A stretch of 63,962 nucleotides of DNA, the filler included, from Saprolegnia diclina VS20 (taxonomy: Eukaryota): NCBI RefSeq assembly GCF_000281045.1. It is 11 parts of 3 records of this genome, joined end to end, with 100 filler letters (N's around TTAATTAATTAA, not from the genome) between each part and the next. Parts side by side here need not be neighbours in the genome. Positions count along the whole stretch, not along the records: positions 12,894 to 14,137 come from NW_008246181.1; positions 14,238 to 15,804 come from NW_008246181.1; positions 15,905 to 22,786 come from NW_008246181.1; positions 22,887 to 47,083 come from NW_008246182.1; 7 more parts are not named here. One strand, written 5' to 3'. The notes beneath the pieces were generated by a model. The model had not been told where the DNA came from. It saw only the letters and a program-made list of their open reading frames with translations, and did not search any database. The position numbers were made by a program, and so were the translations under genes. Position 1 is the first letter of the stretch; each line of letters begins with the position of its first letter. Shown here piece after piece: positions 13,478 through 24,082 of this stretch.

Positions 13478-14137
13478 TCAAGAGTTGTGGTCGGTGGCTT
13501 CTTTGCGGTCTTTGCGGTAGCGCCAGACCATTCTGGACGACTCGGGCCACAATTTTCGCTTAACCGACGTCAACATGGCGTCTGGCGACAGGACGGCGCG
13601 GTGGCACACGAGTTCAATCCGCCCTTCTTCGTGCGTCTGGTCTCGAATGAGCTTTAGAACGTCGGCGACCTACGTCATGTTTCGTACTCGTGTCGAAAGG
13701 AGCCGAGCAGGGACCGTTGCGTGGCCGGGAAGCTTGAGCTGCGCATGGTGGAGCCCTGGTAACTGATCGCGTTCGTCCGCTCTAGCGCAAGTCGACTGAA
13801 TCGACGACGTTCACAAAGCTACAATGTTTGCACTCTGTATCGGGCACAACGTGTATCGCCATGCCCAACGTGGACGGAGAACTCGAGCGCCGGGGACTCT
13901 CCTGCTTGGAGAACCCTGGTACTTGTTGCAGCGCGATCGAGAGCGTCAAGTGTACCGTGCTCTGCATAAAAAACAGCTTCGAGGGCAGCGTCCAAGGCTT
14001 CAAGCTCGGGCATCATCTTTTGCAAGAGGGCGTCGAGCGTTCGGTCAAACCTGGAGTCGAGTCATTACTTCAGCCACTGTCGAGCTCCAATTCGGGCTCA
14101 CACGTAGTGGGGCGTCGGGCCCAAATCCATGTCGCAC
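13478..14137 (-). CDS. BMI1/PCGF/DRIP-like RING-RAWUL protein (Polycomb PRC1-type), 5' part lost in gap
   Basis: Removing four GT-AG introns gives an open frame: CDMDLGPTPHYVFDRTLDALLQKMMPELEALDAALEAVFYAEHG..QLPGLHHAQLKLPGHATVADVLKLIRDQTHEEGRIELVCHRAVLSPDAMLTSVKRKLWPESSRMVWRYRK..*. This resembles the PCGF RING tail and RAWUL domain. Confidence 0.75.
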
Positions 14138-14237
14138 NNNNNNNNNNNNNNNNNNNNNNNNNNNNNNNNNNNNNNNNNNNNTTAATTAATTAANNNNNNN
14201 NNNNNNNNNNNNNNNNNNNNNNNNNNNNNNNNNNNNN

Positions 14238-14332
14238 CCCATCTGGGACCGAGGGCAATCAAATCAGATAATAGAAAGATGCCCAAGATCGCGCTCCAAT
14301 GAGATCTCGGCGCGCGAAATATGTTTTGTATG
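14238..14332. repeat. 95-bp perfect inverted repeat (partner 14989-15083); diverged copy at ~11362-11457
   Basis: CCCATCTGGGACC...GTTTTGTATG is the exact reverse complement of 14989-15083. Confidence 0.95.
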
Positions 14333-15535
14333 CGCACTAGATCGGTGTTCCAAACCGTGCTCGCACTAATTCGTGCGAGTGGCAAAGACAATCGTTGGTT
14401 TAATTGGCCGTGTTCCAATATAGTCTTGTAGCATTAGTACAGGTTAGCGGGAATATGTCCGCAATATTGTAATGACCGCTTGTCACCAGACATGGGTCAA
14501 TGCACCAGAGTAGTAATATTCGATTCCGACCAACTAAGCTCGCTCTCATGTACGAAATTATTATATTAATAATAGTGTTGGTGACACGAGGTGGTACTCT
14601 GTACCGTATGTTGCGCATCCTCATGGATGTCCGATCAAAAGACACGTCGTGGGTGTACCGCTCGCTGGGTGTGCCTAATGTCGGTAGCCCAAAGGTGAGA
14701 AATCACGAGTCTGAGTCCGGCCGAGACTTGCCCTGTTGAGGAGTATTGCTACTGGTACGAGTAAACATCTCATCTGCATCTCACAACTTTAAAAATTATT
14801 CAGGAGCAGCAGTCATCGCGTTGCGAAATCAGACGTAGGCATCTGACAATGCTGACAATGGTGATTGAAAGTACGAGCTCCGAACCGCCGTGCGTGTCCT
14901 ACAGCCATGTGTAAGATACTTTGCCACTGGGACGCGAACGCTACAGACTTTTCGACTTGCTAAAACAATAATGGGCGGTGCCACAATACATACAAAACAT
15001 ATTTCGCGCGCCGAGATCTCATTGGAGCGCGATCTTGGGCATCTTTCTATTATCTGATTTGATTGCCCTCGGTCCCAGATGGGTCTCCCGGAGCTCTGCT
15101 TGTTTGCGCCGCTTGACTCAGATTCGTGCATCCTGAACGTTGCAGCCAATCAGGACACTCGAGCCGCGTCTTTCATACGCGCCGCTCTGATCAGGTCAGA
15201 GTCGTGCTCTGCTCAAGGCGCAGCTGCTCACGTCGCAGCGCCGAGTACACCTTGGATATCAGCATATTTCGAGTGCATCTGAGTTCACCTGAGTGGACTG
15301 TACGGTCGTTGCACCACGACCGTTTATCAGATACGATTATCAGACCCCACACGACTTGGCCTCGCACCCCAACAGGGGCCTGCGTTTTGAACTTGGTCAC
15401 AGCGATCGAAACGCAGTTGGCACCGTCTGAGTACAAGAGTCGGGTTGTATTTCGGGCGTCGTTAGCGGGTACGAATTGTGAGTAGAGTAGCAGAGGCATA
15501 TCTCAATTTGCTTTCTTGCAACCACAACTACCACG

Positions 15536-15804
15536 ATGCGTGCTCCGTCTGCCATCCTCGCTGCCCTCGCCGCGCTCTCGGTCGCCACCGACGCGGCCTC
15601 GCTCCGCGCTGCTGGCAACGGCACGAACGTCAACCCCGAGATCGTCGGCGGTGTTGAAGCCGCCGTTGGCAAGCACTTGTACCTTGCTGGCTTGCGTGAG
15701 ACCGCGGCCGGTAGCACGTTCTGCGGCGGTGCCCTCATCGCCCCCAAGTACGTTCTCACGGCCGGCCACTGCATTGACGACAGCGTCCAGTACGTCGCCC
15801 TCGG
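15536..15804 (+). CDS. Secreted trypsin-like serine protease (S1A), 3' truncated by gap
   Basis: Signal peptide, activation site PE|IVGG, and FCGGALIAPKYVLTAGHC containing the catalytic His. Confidence 0.92.
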
Positions 15805-16054
15805 NNNNNNNNNNNNNNNNNNNNNNNNNNNNNNNNNNNNNNNNNNNNTTAATTAATTAANNNNNNNNNNNNNNNNNNNNNNNNNNNNNNNNNNNNNNNN
15901 NNNNCAAGCGTCATCGCGTCAGCACGTGATAGGAAAGAGAGGCTACCGGCTAGAGCCAACACACCACTGTGGCCATCGCGTCATGGGTTGTATTGCGTGC
16001 CATAAACATGTGCAAGTATATATATACATCGTCGTCTTATCACAGCGTGGCGTT

Positions 16055-17305
16055 CTACCCGACGATCGCGACGCGCTCGAAGAGGGCTCTCCACTTGGCT
16101 TCCTTCTTCGCGTCGGCTGCCAGAAGCGCGAGCTGGTCCGCTTCAAAGTTTTCGAGGCAGCGCCGATACGTGGCAAAGTCGTACTTGGTGTACATCTCGA
16201 GCACACTCTACACAAGACGTCAACCTACAAGCAACCAAACGTGCGATACCCGGGCGAGGCCGCGCACAGTGATGTTCCAATGGAGCTTGAAGGCCTTGAA
16301 GAGCGCGGGAAAGAAGGTCGGCAACACTTCCCGCGCATGGTCTTGGTTGAGCACCGAGTGATTGATCAAGTACGGGTTGTTCCAGAGGAACAGGGACCGC
16401 TCGGCGACCTGAAAGTGATCGCTTTGGAGGCACTTGGCGATCACCGACGTGACCTGGCGCTTCTCAAACGTGCTGAGCTCTTCGATCGGCGTCAGCTCGA
16501 GCGTTTCTTCGAGCGTGTTTAAAAACAAAATCTGCTTGGACGTCGCTTGCCACGGCCAAAACTTGAGCGTATGCGCTAGTATCGGGTGAACCGTCTTGGG
16601 GTCCTTCTCCAGGTACATGCTGAGGCAGAGGAGCAGCGCTTGGTGGTACGTCGGCAAGCTCGTGGGCTTGAGGAGCGGGAGAAGGTGCTTGGTCATGAAG
16701 GTCGCGTGGTCGTGCAACAGCGGCGTCGCAAAGCCCTTGACGATGCTCGCAAACACCTCGAGGAGCTCACCAATGCCAAATGGAAACGTTGTTGGGTCAT
16801 CGACAAACTGCAGAAAAATGTGGCCGACCGACTGACGAAACGAGGCGCGGAGGCTCTTGAACTTGGCGTAGAGCTTGTGGAGAAGTGTTGCGACAACGAG
16901 ACGCTCGTCGGGGTCCTCGCTGCGGAGCTGCCCGAGCAGTTGCGAGCAAAACGACGGCGTGATGTGGCGCTTGGCCAGGCGGGGCGCAATCGGCGCGCGG
17001 ACGACGTACGTCAGAATCGAGTACGCAGGCTGGAGGTGCACCCACGCAATGTCCTTCTCGGGCATGTCTTGGTCCGGATCAAAGTCGGCGCGGGGCGGGT
17101 GCAGCGCGCGGAAGAGGTTGAGCTGCAGCATGTGCATCACATGGGGCATGGACGTCTCGGTCAAGAGCGAGACGGCTTTTGCCTCGTCCTGGAGAAGGCT
17201 CACGAGGTCCTCGAGCACCTTGGTCTTAGACGCCACCTTGTCGGGCGATGACCCGTCGTACGGCGTCGCGATCGCGGCCGCGCAGACCTTGCCCACAAAC
17301 GTCAT
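16055..17305 (-). CDS. PP2A regulatory subunit B' (B56 family); start uncertain
   Basis: NLFRAL, AWVHLQPAY, SEDPDER, GIGELLEVFASIVKGFATPL, KFWP, HFQVAERSLFLWNN and HWN motifs. One intron near 16200-16250; last exon ends ..RVAIVG*. Confidence 0.9.
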
Positions 17306-17913
17306 GCCCAAGAATGTCAAAAACATTGAACTCTACCGCCAACACACACTCTGTTTGACTTGGTTTTTCTATGCAGTGGTGATCACCATACAAACAGCAA
17401 GAGGGACAAAGGACAGGCAGCCGTGTCGCAGGCCGTGATGCTGGACCATCAAGTGCAAGTACCTCAGGCCGCCCGTAATGCAAACCGAGGACCGCGGCGA
17501 GACGCGAAGGCGAGAAGCGAGAAGGAGAGAATAAATTCTGTTGATAAGCTGAGAAGCGTTGACGAGGCCGCAGTCGGCCGGCGTCCACGCAAAGAATACG
17601 ACGCGCGCGACGGAACACTGTACGACTGTTGAGTGCCCATAAGCAGATTCACAAGACATTTCCACAAACAGATTCACCGTGCTGCTCAACGTGGATGCGA
17701 TGTTCCTTGTCAGCTCCGATGCTCCTGGGCAAGCCACTGCTGACAAGCGTACGTGGGATTCGTATGGCCGAATCAACTGGATCATGGGTACGCTGCAGCA
17801 GGCCACGAGCCACGGCGGCTTCTCGACGCCGTTCGGGTAGACAGGCGACGCATGGACAAAAGAAGTATCCACTTGACTGAATTCCATCGCGTATTAACGA
17901 AACGGTCGTTGGG

Positions 17914-19593
17914 ATGGGCCTCCGCGGGTGGTTTGCGTCGTGCTTTGGCGGCGACAGCAAAGTCGGCCCGCAATCGGTCACTGTCTTTTATGGCTCCGAG
18001 TCGGGCGGAACGAAAGCGCTGGCGCTGCGCCTCGGGCGCCTTGGCGCGGCGCGTGCGATCCCGATCTCGGTCCACGGGCTCGAGACCTTTGACGCCCAGC
18101 AGCTTGTCGGCGGCCGGCGCTATATCTTTATGACGGCCTCGTACGGGACAGGCGGTCCGACGACGAATGCGGCGTTGTTCTTTCACTGGCTTTCGACGTC
18201 GACCGCATCGCTCGCGATCGAGTTTTGTGTCTTTGGCGTCGGCAGCTCCATTTATGCAGACTCGTACAATGGGATGGGCAAGGCCGTCGACGCCCAGCTC
18301 GCCGCGCGTGGCGGCCACCGCTTTTACGCGCTCGGACTTGGCGATGCGTTCAACGACTTGGAGCGCGATTTCCTCACGTGGGAAGCCGGGCTCTGGGCCG
18401 CACTGGCAACGACGACCACGGTAGCGTCCACTGCCCCGCCCCTGAAGTCGCAATTCCAACTTCACCGCACCAAGCCCGACACGCCACCATTGGCACTTAG
18501 CGCCGCACCTCCGTACGTGGCGCTACACTGGACTGCGATCACGTACCACCCGAACGCTGGTGTTGTTGTGGCGACCGTCGGCTTTGCCGACACGACGGCG
18601 CGGGCCCGGGGCACAGACCATCTGGTAGTCTACCCTTGCAACCCGGATGGCATTGTCGAGAGTTTAGCGTGCCGCTGCAACGCGTTGCTCGACCACTACG
18701 TGACCTATACTGGCGACGATGCCCCGTTTCGTACACCGGCAACGGTTCGATCGGTACTCACGCACGAGGTCGACTGCCAAACGATTTCGCGCAGCCTCCT
18801 CTCAGGTCTTGCGCCGTTGGCCACCGACGACGGCGAGCGGTCGCAACTCGCCCACCTTGGGTCCCTCGACGGGTCGAAAGCCTACGCAGACCTACCCCAC
18901 TACACGGTCATTGGGCTGCTCACGAACTTTGCGTCTATTCAACTCTCGCTCGTCGACCTACTCCCGCTCTTGTCGCCAATGGCGCCGCGGAGCTATACGA
19001 TCGCGTCGCATTTGCTGGACGCGCCCACCATGGACCTCTGCATCGCCGTGCCGCCGCCGACGCCCGATACCACATTGCACTTTGGCGTCATGGCGGCGTA
19101 CCTGCACGCGCTCGGACCTCTCGGGCCCGACGCGGCCGTGCCGTTGCGTGGTTACACCAAGCCGTCAACGTACGTCTTTCCACCTGACGCGTCGCGGCCA
19201 CTGCTTCTGATCGCCGCGGGCTCAGGCATCGCACCGATGCGGGCGCTGTGGCAGCAACGACCGGCCACGTGCGGCCCGACGCACCTCTTTTTTGGGTGCC
19301 GCGCGGCATCGGCGCGGCTCTTTGAGGACGAATTACTACAGCGCGGCGTGCAGACACACTACGCCTACTCGCGCGACCCGTCGGCCGGTCCGACCATGTA
19401 TGTACAAGACATGGTCGGAAGCCAAATGCCGTGGGTTCAGAAAGCTATTGTGGACGAGGACGCAAGTGTGTTTGTCTGCGGGCGCCAGCGCATGGTGTCC
19501 CAAGTCCGCGATGTCCTCCAGCGACATTTGTCGGCAGAGCAGTGGACGTCATTCGTGCACTCTGCGCGTTACCAGGAAGAGGTGTTTGGATAG
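17914..19593 (+). CDS. Diflavin (FMN/FAD/NADPH) oxidoreductase, CPR/NOS-reductase-like, intronless
   Basis: Flavodoxin motifs FYGSESG, TASYGTG, VFGVGSSIY; FAD motif PRSYTIAS; NADP motifs IAAGSGIAPMR, LFFGCR, VFVCG; ends RYQEEVFG*. Confidence 0.9.
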   Translation: MGLRGWFASCFGGDSKVGPQSVTVFYGSESGGTKALALRLGRLGAARAIPISVHGLETFDAQQLVGGRRYIFMTASYGTGGPTTNAALFFHWLSTSTASLAIEFCVFGVGSSIYADSYNGMGKAVDAQLAARGGHRFYALGLGDAFNDLERDFLTWEAGLWAALATTTTVASTAPPLKSQFQLHRTKPDTPPLALSAAPPYVALHWTAITYHPNAGVVVATVGFADTTARARGTDHLVVYPCNPDGIVESLACRCNALLDHYVTYTGDDAPFRTPATVRSVLTHEVDCQTISRSLLSGLAPLATDDGERSQLAHLGSLDGSKAYADLPHYTVIGLLTNFASIQLSLVDLLPLLSPMAPRSYTIASHLLDAPTMDLCIAVPPPTPDTTLHFGVMAAYLHALGPLGPDAAVPLRGYTKPSTYVFPPDASRPLLLIAAGSGIAPMRALWQQRPATCGPTHLFFGCRAASARLFEDELLQRGVQTHYAYSRDPSAGPTMYVQDMVGSQMPWVQKAIVDEDASVFVCGRQRMVSQVRDVLQRHLSAEQWTSFVHSARYQEEVFG

Positions 19594-19857
19594 ATAGAAC
19601 GAGACTAACCAGCAAAGCACTGTTCCTCGAGGGGTAGGTGTATTTTACGAGACTGTGGGATCTGCCACAGCACAACGTCCAGGTATTTTTGTCAATGACT
19701 ATGGCCTGTCTTGACTGCTGGTGTGTCGCTTTTATCAGACAAGAGCTGCGCATTCTACGTCAGTGTAATTGTACACCCTGTAGAGCCACAGCTGTGCTGG
19801 ATTCGCCGTCGATCGACGACGCACCCGCCAGTCAAGCCATTTCTCGCATTACGCGCT

Positions 19858-20375
19858 ATCACTAGCTCGCCCAAGCACTTGCTACCGCTGTACCCGACCC
19901 ACACCGAGCCTACCACTCTCCTGGAGCGCGCGCCGAATCCAAAGTCGGCGTACTGCTTCCACTCGGTCAAGCATCCGTCCTTGCATTTGCAGCTTGAAAG
20001 CGGCGCCGTGGCAGCGGCAATGACGACCGATGCGTCCTCGGGACAACCAAGAAAATGCTTCCCGGCCCAAGCGTGGAGCATGCATGGGCTCTTGATAGTG
20101 TCGGCCAAGGACAAATCCAAGTGCCTCACGCACGGCCACGAGATGATGAAGTCGTCCTCCACGTGTCGGACATTGCACGCAGCTATCGAGTGGTCAACCA
20201 AGAATGGCTCTACGACGGCAAGCTCATTCGGTCGGTCAAAGACCCGAGCAAATGCATTCGCGTCTCAGGCATGGGCGACAGCAACGGTTGCCATCTCTGG
20301 GACATTGTCTACGACCGTCCCAGCCCTGCACAAGAGTGGACACTTTTACCTGACAAGCCCGCCAGTGTCGACTAA
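19858..20375 (+). pseudogene. Ricin-B (beta-trefoil) lectin-like gene with a frameshift near 20140 and no clear ATG
   Basis: One frame gives AQAWSMHGLLIVSAKDKSKCLT; the shifted frame continues NQEWLYDGKLIRSVKDPSKCIRV..AQEWTLLP. Together these give three QxW repeats. Confidence 0.6.
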
Positions 20376-20731
20376 GATCTATGATGAACTCTCCCAAGTC
20401 GAATTCTTAGTCTAAGATCTATGGTGACCTATCCTTAGTCGAAGTCTCGGAAAGCCAAACCTTTAAAAGAGTGTAGTGCTCCGATACTCTTTGTCTTGGA
20501 CACCATTGCTTGAACAGGATATTCCGTCCAATGAAACCGTCAACGGTTTCAAAGCTCATGACGTGGCAGCACGTTAAGGTTGTATTCATGTGGCAGCAGG
20601 TATAATACGTGGCCATGTCAGGTTGATTTCGTGCATAAACATGTATTGGTATTGTTGTTATATCTAGAAAAGACAAATGCACGAGGGACGACGACCGACA
20701 GAGAGACAACCAAGCAAGCGTTGGTTGGCTG

Positions 20732-22786
20732 TTATCGGCGGAAGCGAAGCGCGGTCGTCGGGGCTTTGCGAACAAAGCCAAACGACTTTGGCAGGTGGTG
20801 CGAGTGGATGCGGCGGAGGCAAAACCCGATCGGCAAGCTCAGCGCGCCGAGGCCGAGGCACACAAACCACAGCCCGACACTCAGCGGCGCGCACTCGAAG
20901 ACGCTGCCGCCAAACTGCACAATGAGCGCTTGAAGCACGACCTGGATCACCGAGATGCCAAGGTACAGCTTGTTGGCGAAAAAGCCTTCCATGATGGTGG
21001 CTTCGTCGTGGATGCAGCGCGCGTTGATCTCGTTGAAGAGCTGGAGGAAGACGAACGTGTTGAAGATGACTGTGTAGTGCTGGGACGGGTCGGCCGACGT
21101 AATCTCGTACTTGCGGCCCGACGGAATGGCGAGGAGCACCTCGCCCTTGAACGTCAGCGTCAGAAGCACCGCGAGCTGGAAGAGCGCTTGGCCCACAATG
21201 TGCTTGGTCATCTTCTTAGAGATGAGCGCCTTCGTCTTCGGGTACGGCTTGCGCTCGAGCATCGCGTCGGTGGGGATCCCGGTCGCCAGCGCGAGCGACG
21301 CAAACGTGTTCATGATCAAGTTGACCCAGAGGAGCTGGATCGCCGTCAGCGGCGTTTCTTCGAGGACGACGGCGCCAATGACGCAGAGCGTGATCGCTGT
21401 CACCGTGACCGTGAGCTGGAACTGGAGAAACTTGGAGACCGAGTCGTAGACGTTGCGGCCCCACTTGACCGCGTTCACAATCGACTTGAAGTTGTCGTCC
21501 ATGAGAATGATATCCGAGGCATCCTTCGAGACGGCCGTGCCGCAAATGCCCATCGCAAAGCCCACGTTGGCCTTCTTGAGCGCCGGCGCATCGTTGGTGC
21601 CGTCGCCCGTGACAGCCACGACCTGCGGCCCGTGGATCGTCGACTGCATCATGCCCGAGACGAGCGTGTACTTGTCCTGGGGCGACGACCGCGCGAGGAC
21701 GCGGAGGTTGGGCCAAATGGCATCGAACGCATCTTGCTTGATGTTGCCACGGGCGTCGAGCACCGCCGCGCGAAACGTCGCGCCTTCCATGACGATCGCG
21801 TCCGGATCGTCCGCCGGAAGAATCCCACACTTGGCCGCGATCGACGTGGCTGTGTCGATGTTGTCGCCTGTGACCATGCGCACGATGATGCCGGCTTGGT
21901 TGCACTGGCGGATGGCGCCGGGGACCTCTGGGCGAAGCGGATCTTCAATGCCGACGATCGCAATGCACGTCAGGTTCGTCTCCAGCTGCGCTTCGGACAT
22001 GGTCGCAACGACCTCATACGGCGCGTCGACGTCCTTGAAGGCAAGGCAGAGCGTGCGCAGACCATTCTTGGCGAACGACGAGATTGTCGCCATGTGGCTC
22101 GTGGTGTCACTCAGTGCGATCGAGGCCCCGTCTTCAAGGAGCTGCGCGTCGCAGAGACCGAGGACAATCTCACTCGCGCCTTTCGTAAAGACACGGGTCG
22201 TGGTGGCCGTCAACGGCAACACGATCGACATGCGCTTTTTGGCCGAACTGAACGGCAGCCAATGGCAAACGCTGCCAAAGTCCTTGCGCAGCGCCGCATA
22301 CGAAGGCGCGCCGAGCTCCGACGCGAACATCAAGAGCGCGCACTCGGTCTTGTTGCCAGTGTGCGCACGCTCGGGCCCAATCAACTCGGCGGTCGAGTTC
22401 AAGCACATGGCGTGCACGAGGCGTTCGCGCGTCAACGGCGCCAACGCGAGCGACTCCAAGTCGGTCGCTGGCGCAAACGTGGTGTGGCCAATGCGGCACT
22501 GCATGACCGTCATCTTGTTGGTCGTCAGCGTGCCCGTCTTGTCCGAGCAAATGGTCGTCGCCGACCCCATCGTCTCGCACGCACCCAAATGGCGCACAAG
22601 GTTGTTGTCCGCCAGCATCTTCTTGACGGAAAAGGCGAGCGAGATCGTGACGGCGAGCGGGAGACCTTCGGGGATCGCGACGACGAGCACCGAGACGCCG
22701 ACAATGAAAAAGTGCAGAAACTCCTTGAGATCGTCGGTCGACCAGTCGGCCTTTTGGACGCCAAACTTTTCGATCGAGTAGCGCGT
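20732..22786 (-). CDS. P-type Ca2+-transporting ATPase (PMCA/P2B), 5' truncated by gap
   Basis: VVAIPEGLPLAVT, DKTGTLT, KGASE, MVTGDN, TGDGTNDAPAL and QLLWVNLIM motifs. Confidence 0.95.
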   Translation of the reverse strand, partial: TRYSIEKFGVQKADWSTDDLKEFLHFFIVGVSVLVVAIPEGLPLAVTISLAFSVKKMLADNNLVRHLGACETMGSATTICSDKTGTLTTNKMTVMQCRIGHTTFAPATDLESLALAPLTRERLVHAMCLNSTAELIGPERAHTGNKTECALLMFASELGAPSYAALRKDFGSVCHWLPFSSAKKRMSIVLPLTATTTRVFTKGASEIVLGLCDAQLLEDGASIALSDTTSHMATISSFAKNGLRTLCLAFKDVDAPYEVVATMSEAQLETNLTCIAIVGIEDPLRPEVPGAIRQCNQAGIIVRMVTGDNIDTATSIAAKCGILPADDPDAIVMEGATFRAAVLDARGNIKQDAFDAIWPNLRVLARSSPQDKYTLVSGMMQSTIHGPQVVAVTGDGTNDAPALKKANVGFAMGICGTAVSKDASDIILMDDNFKSIVNAVKWGRNVYDSVSKFLQFQLTVTVTAITLCVIGAVVLEETPLTAIQLLWVNLIMNTFASLALATGIPTDAMLERKPYPKTKALISKKMTKHIVGQALFQLAVLLTLTFKGEVLLAIPSGRKYEITSADPSQHYTVIFNTFVFLQLFNEINARCIHDEATIMEGFFANKLYLGISVIQVVLQALIVQFGGSVFECAPLSVGLWFVCLGLGALSLPIGFCLRRIHSHHLPKSFGFVRKAPTTALRFRR

Positions 22787-23589
22787 NNNNNNNNNNNNNN
22801 NNNNNNNNNNNNNNNNNNNNNNNNNNNNNNTTAATTAATTAANNNNNNNNNNNNNNNNNNNNNNNNNNNNNNNNNNNNNNNNNNNNGTTGCCGACGCGGT
22901 TGCTCGGCCAACTTTACCATTATCGCAGACGTCGAAGCACGCTTGCAGTCATGTCGACCTGTCGGTCCACCAACGCGCGACCAAGATCATCATCAGCTGG
23001 ATGGCGTTCCCAGCGCCTATGGCGCCTTGGTTCGGATTCTCCATTCTTGTACGGTCTCACCGCATCGAGCTTGTGCTGCCAGAGTCTCGCTGGTGCGTCC
23101 GTGCGTTTGCGGATTCAACCAACACTTCGTAGCATAGCGTCCGTGGACCAGTGGCGCACGTCACTGGCTGGCCTGACACCGTCGGCCGAACACCCTCAAG
23201 GACATCACAGCACTTGAGATGGACAACGTTGCTACGACAACACAACGGGCATCTCGTCCTTCTTAGCAACGGCGACGTGTGCGGCTGGCTCCACAGTCCA
23301 CAAGGCCTTGGACGTCGCAACACTGGTACGGTATCTGGAATGGGCGGCGAGGGCAACGCGGCCCTCGACGACGCAGGACTCGTCGCGGGAGGTTGGCGAG
23401 CTCGCTCCGGCGTCCTGCCCTCCACGTGCGGGTCGCTTGCGCGTGTCAACACCCATGCGAACTGATTCCTTTTGTATTAATCTCCCAGAGACACAGGTTC
23501 GTGCGCATGGCAGCTATCGTCACCACGCGCCACGGAACACAAACAGGAGACACTGACAGCAGCGTCGTCGTGTTCGAGTCGCCGTGCAT

Positions 23590-24082
23590 TTACGAGCGGG
23601 GCTTCTCCTTCTTGTCCTTGTACAGGGCAAGGAGCGAGACGCCGGCGACCTTGACGACCTTGAAACGCACACCGGGGATATCACCGACGGCGTGGCCGCG
23701 GCGACCGAAACCGGCAATGAGCACCTCGTCGTTTTCGTCGACGTAGTTCAAGCAACCATCGCGGGGGACGAAGGCGGCGATCTTCTTGCCGTTCTTGATG
23801 AGCTGGACACGCGCGCACTTGCGAATGGCAGAGTTGGGCTGCTTGGCCTCAATACCAATCTTCTCAAGCACGATGCCCTTGGCCATCGACGAACCACCGA
23901 GCGGGTTGGCCTTCATCGCCGTGATCGAGTGCGACTTGTTGTAGGACTTCTGGTTCCAGCGCTGCGTGCGGCGGTGGACGCGCAGCTTGCGGGCGCAACG
24001 GATACCGGCGGGCTTGTCTACACACGATGCACATTGAGCAACTCGGTTCTTATTGCGCCGGCGGCGACGTACGCTTGGCCAT
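23590..24082 (-). CDS. RPS23: 40S ribosomal protein S23 (uS12)
   Basis: ATG at 24082 and an intron at ~24018-24072 give [45 protein letters not shown]. Confidence 0.97.

Noticed and set aside
20795..22834. Long antisense ORFs (679 aa, 442 aa) over the Ca-ATPase, and similar shadow ORFs over Mic60, ricin and B56 genes
   Set aside because: Expected by-product of high GC3 codon bias; no recognisable motifs.
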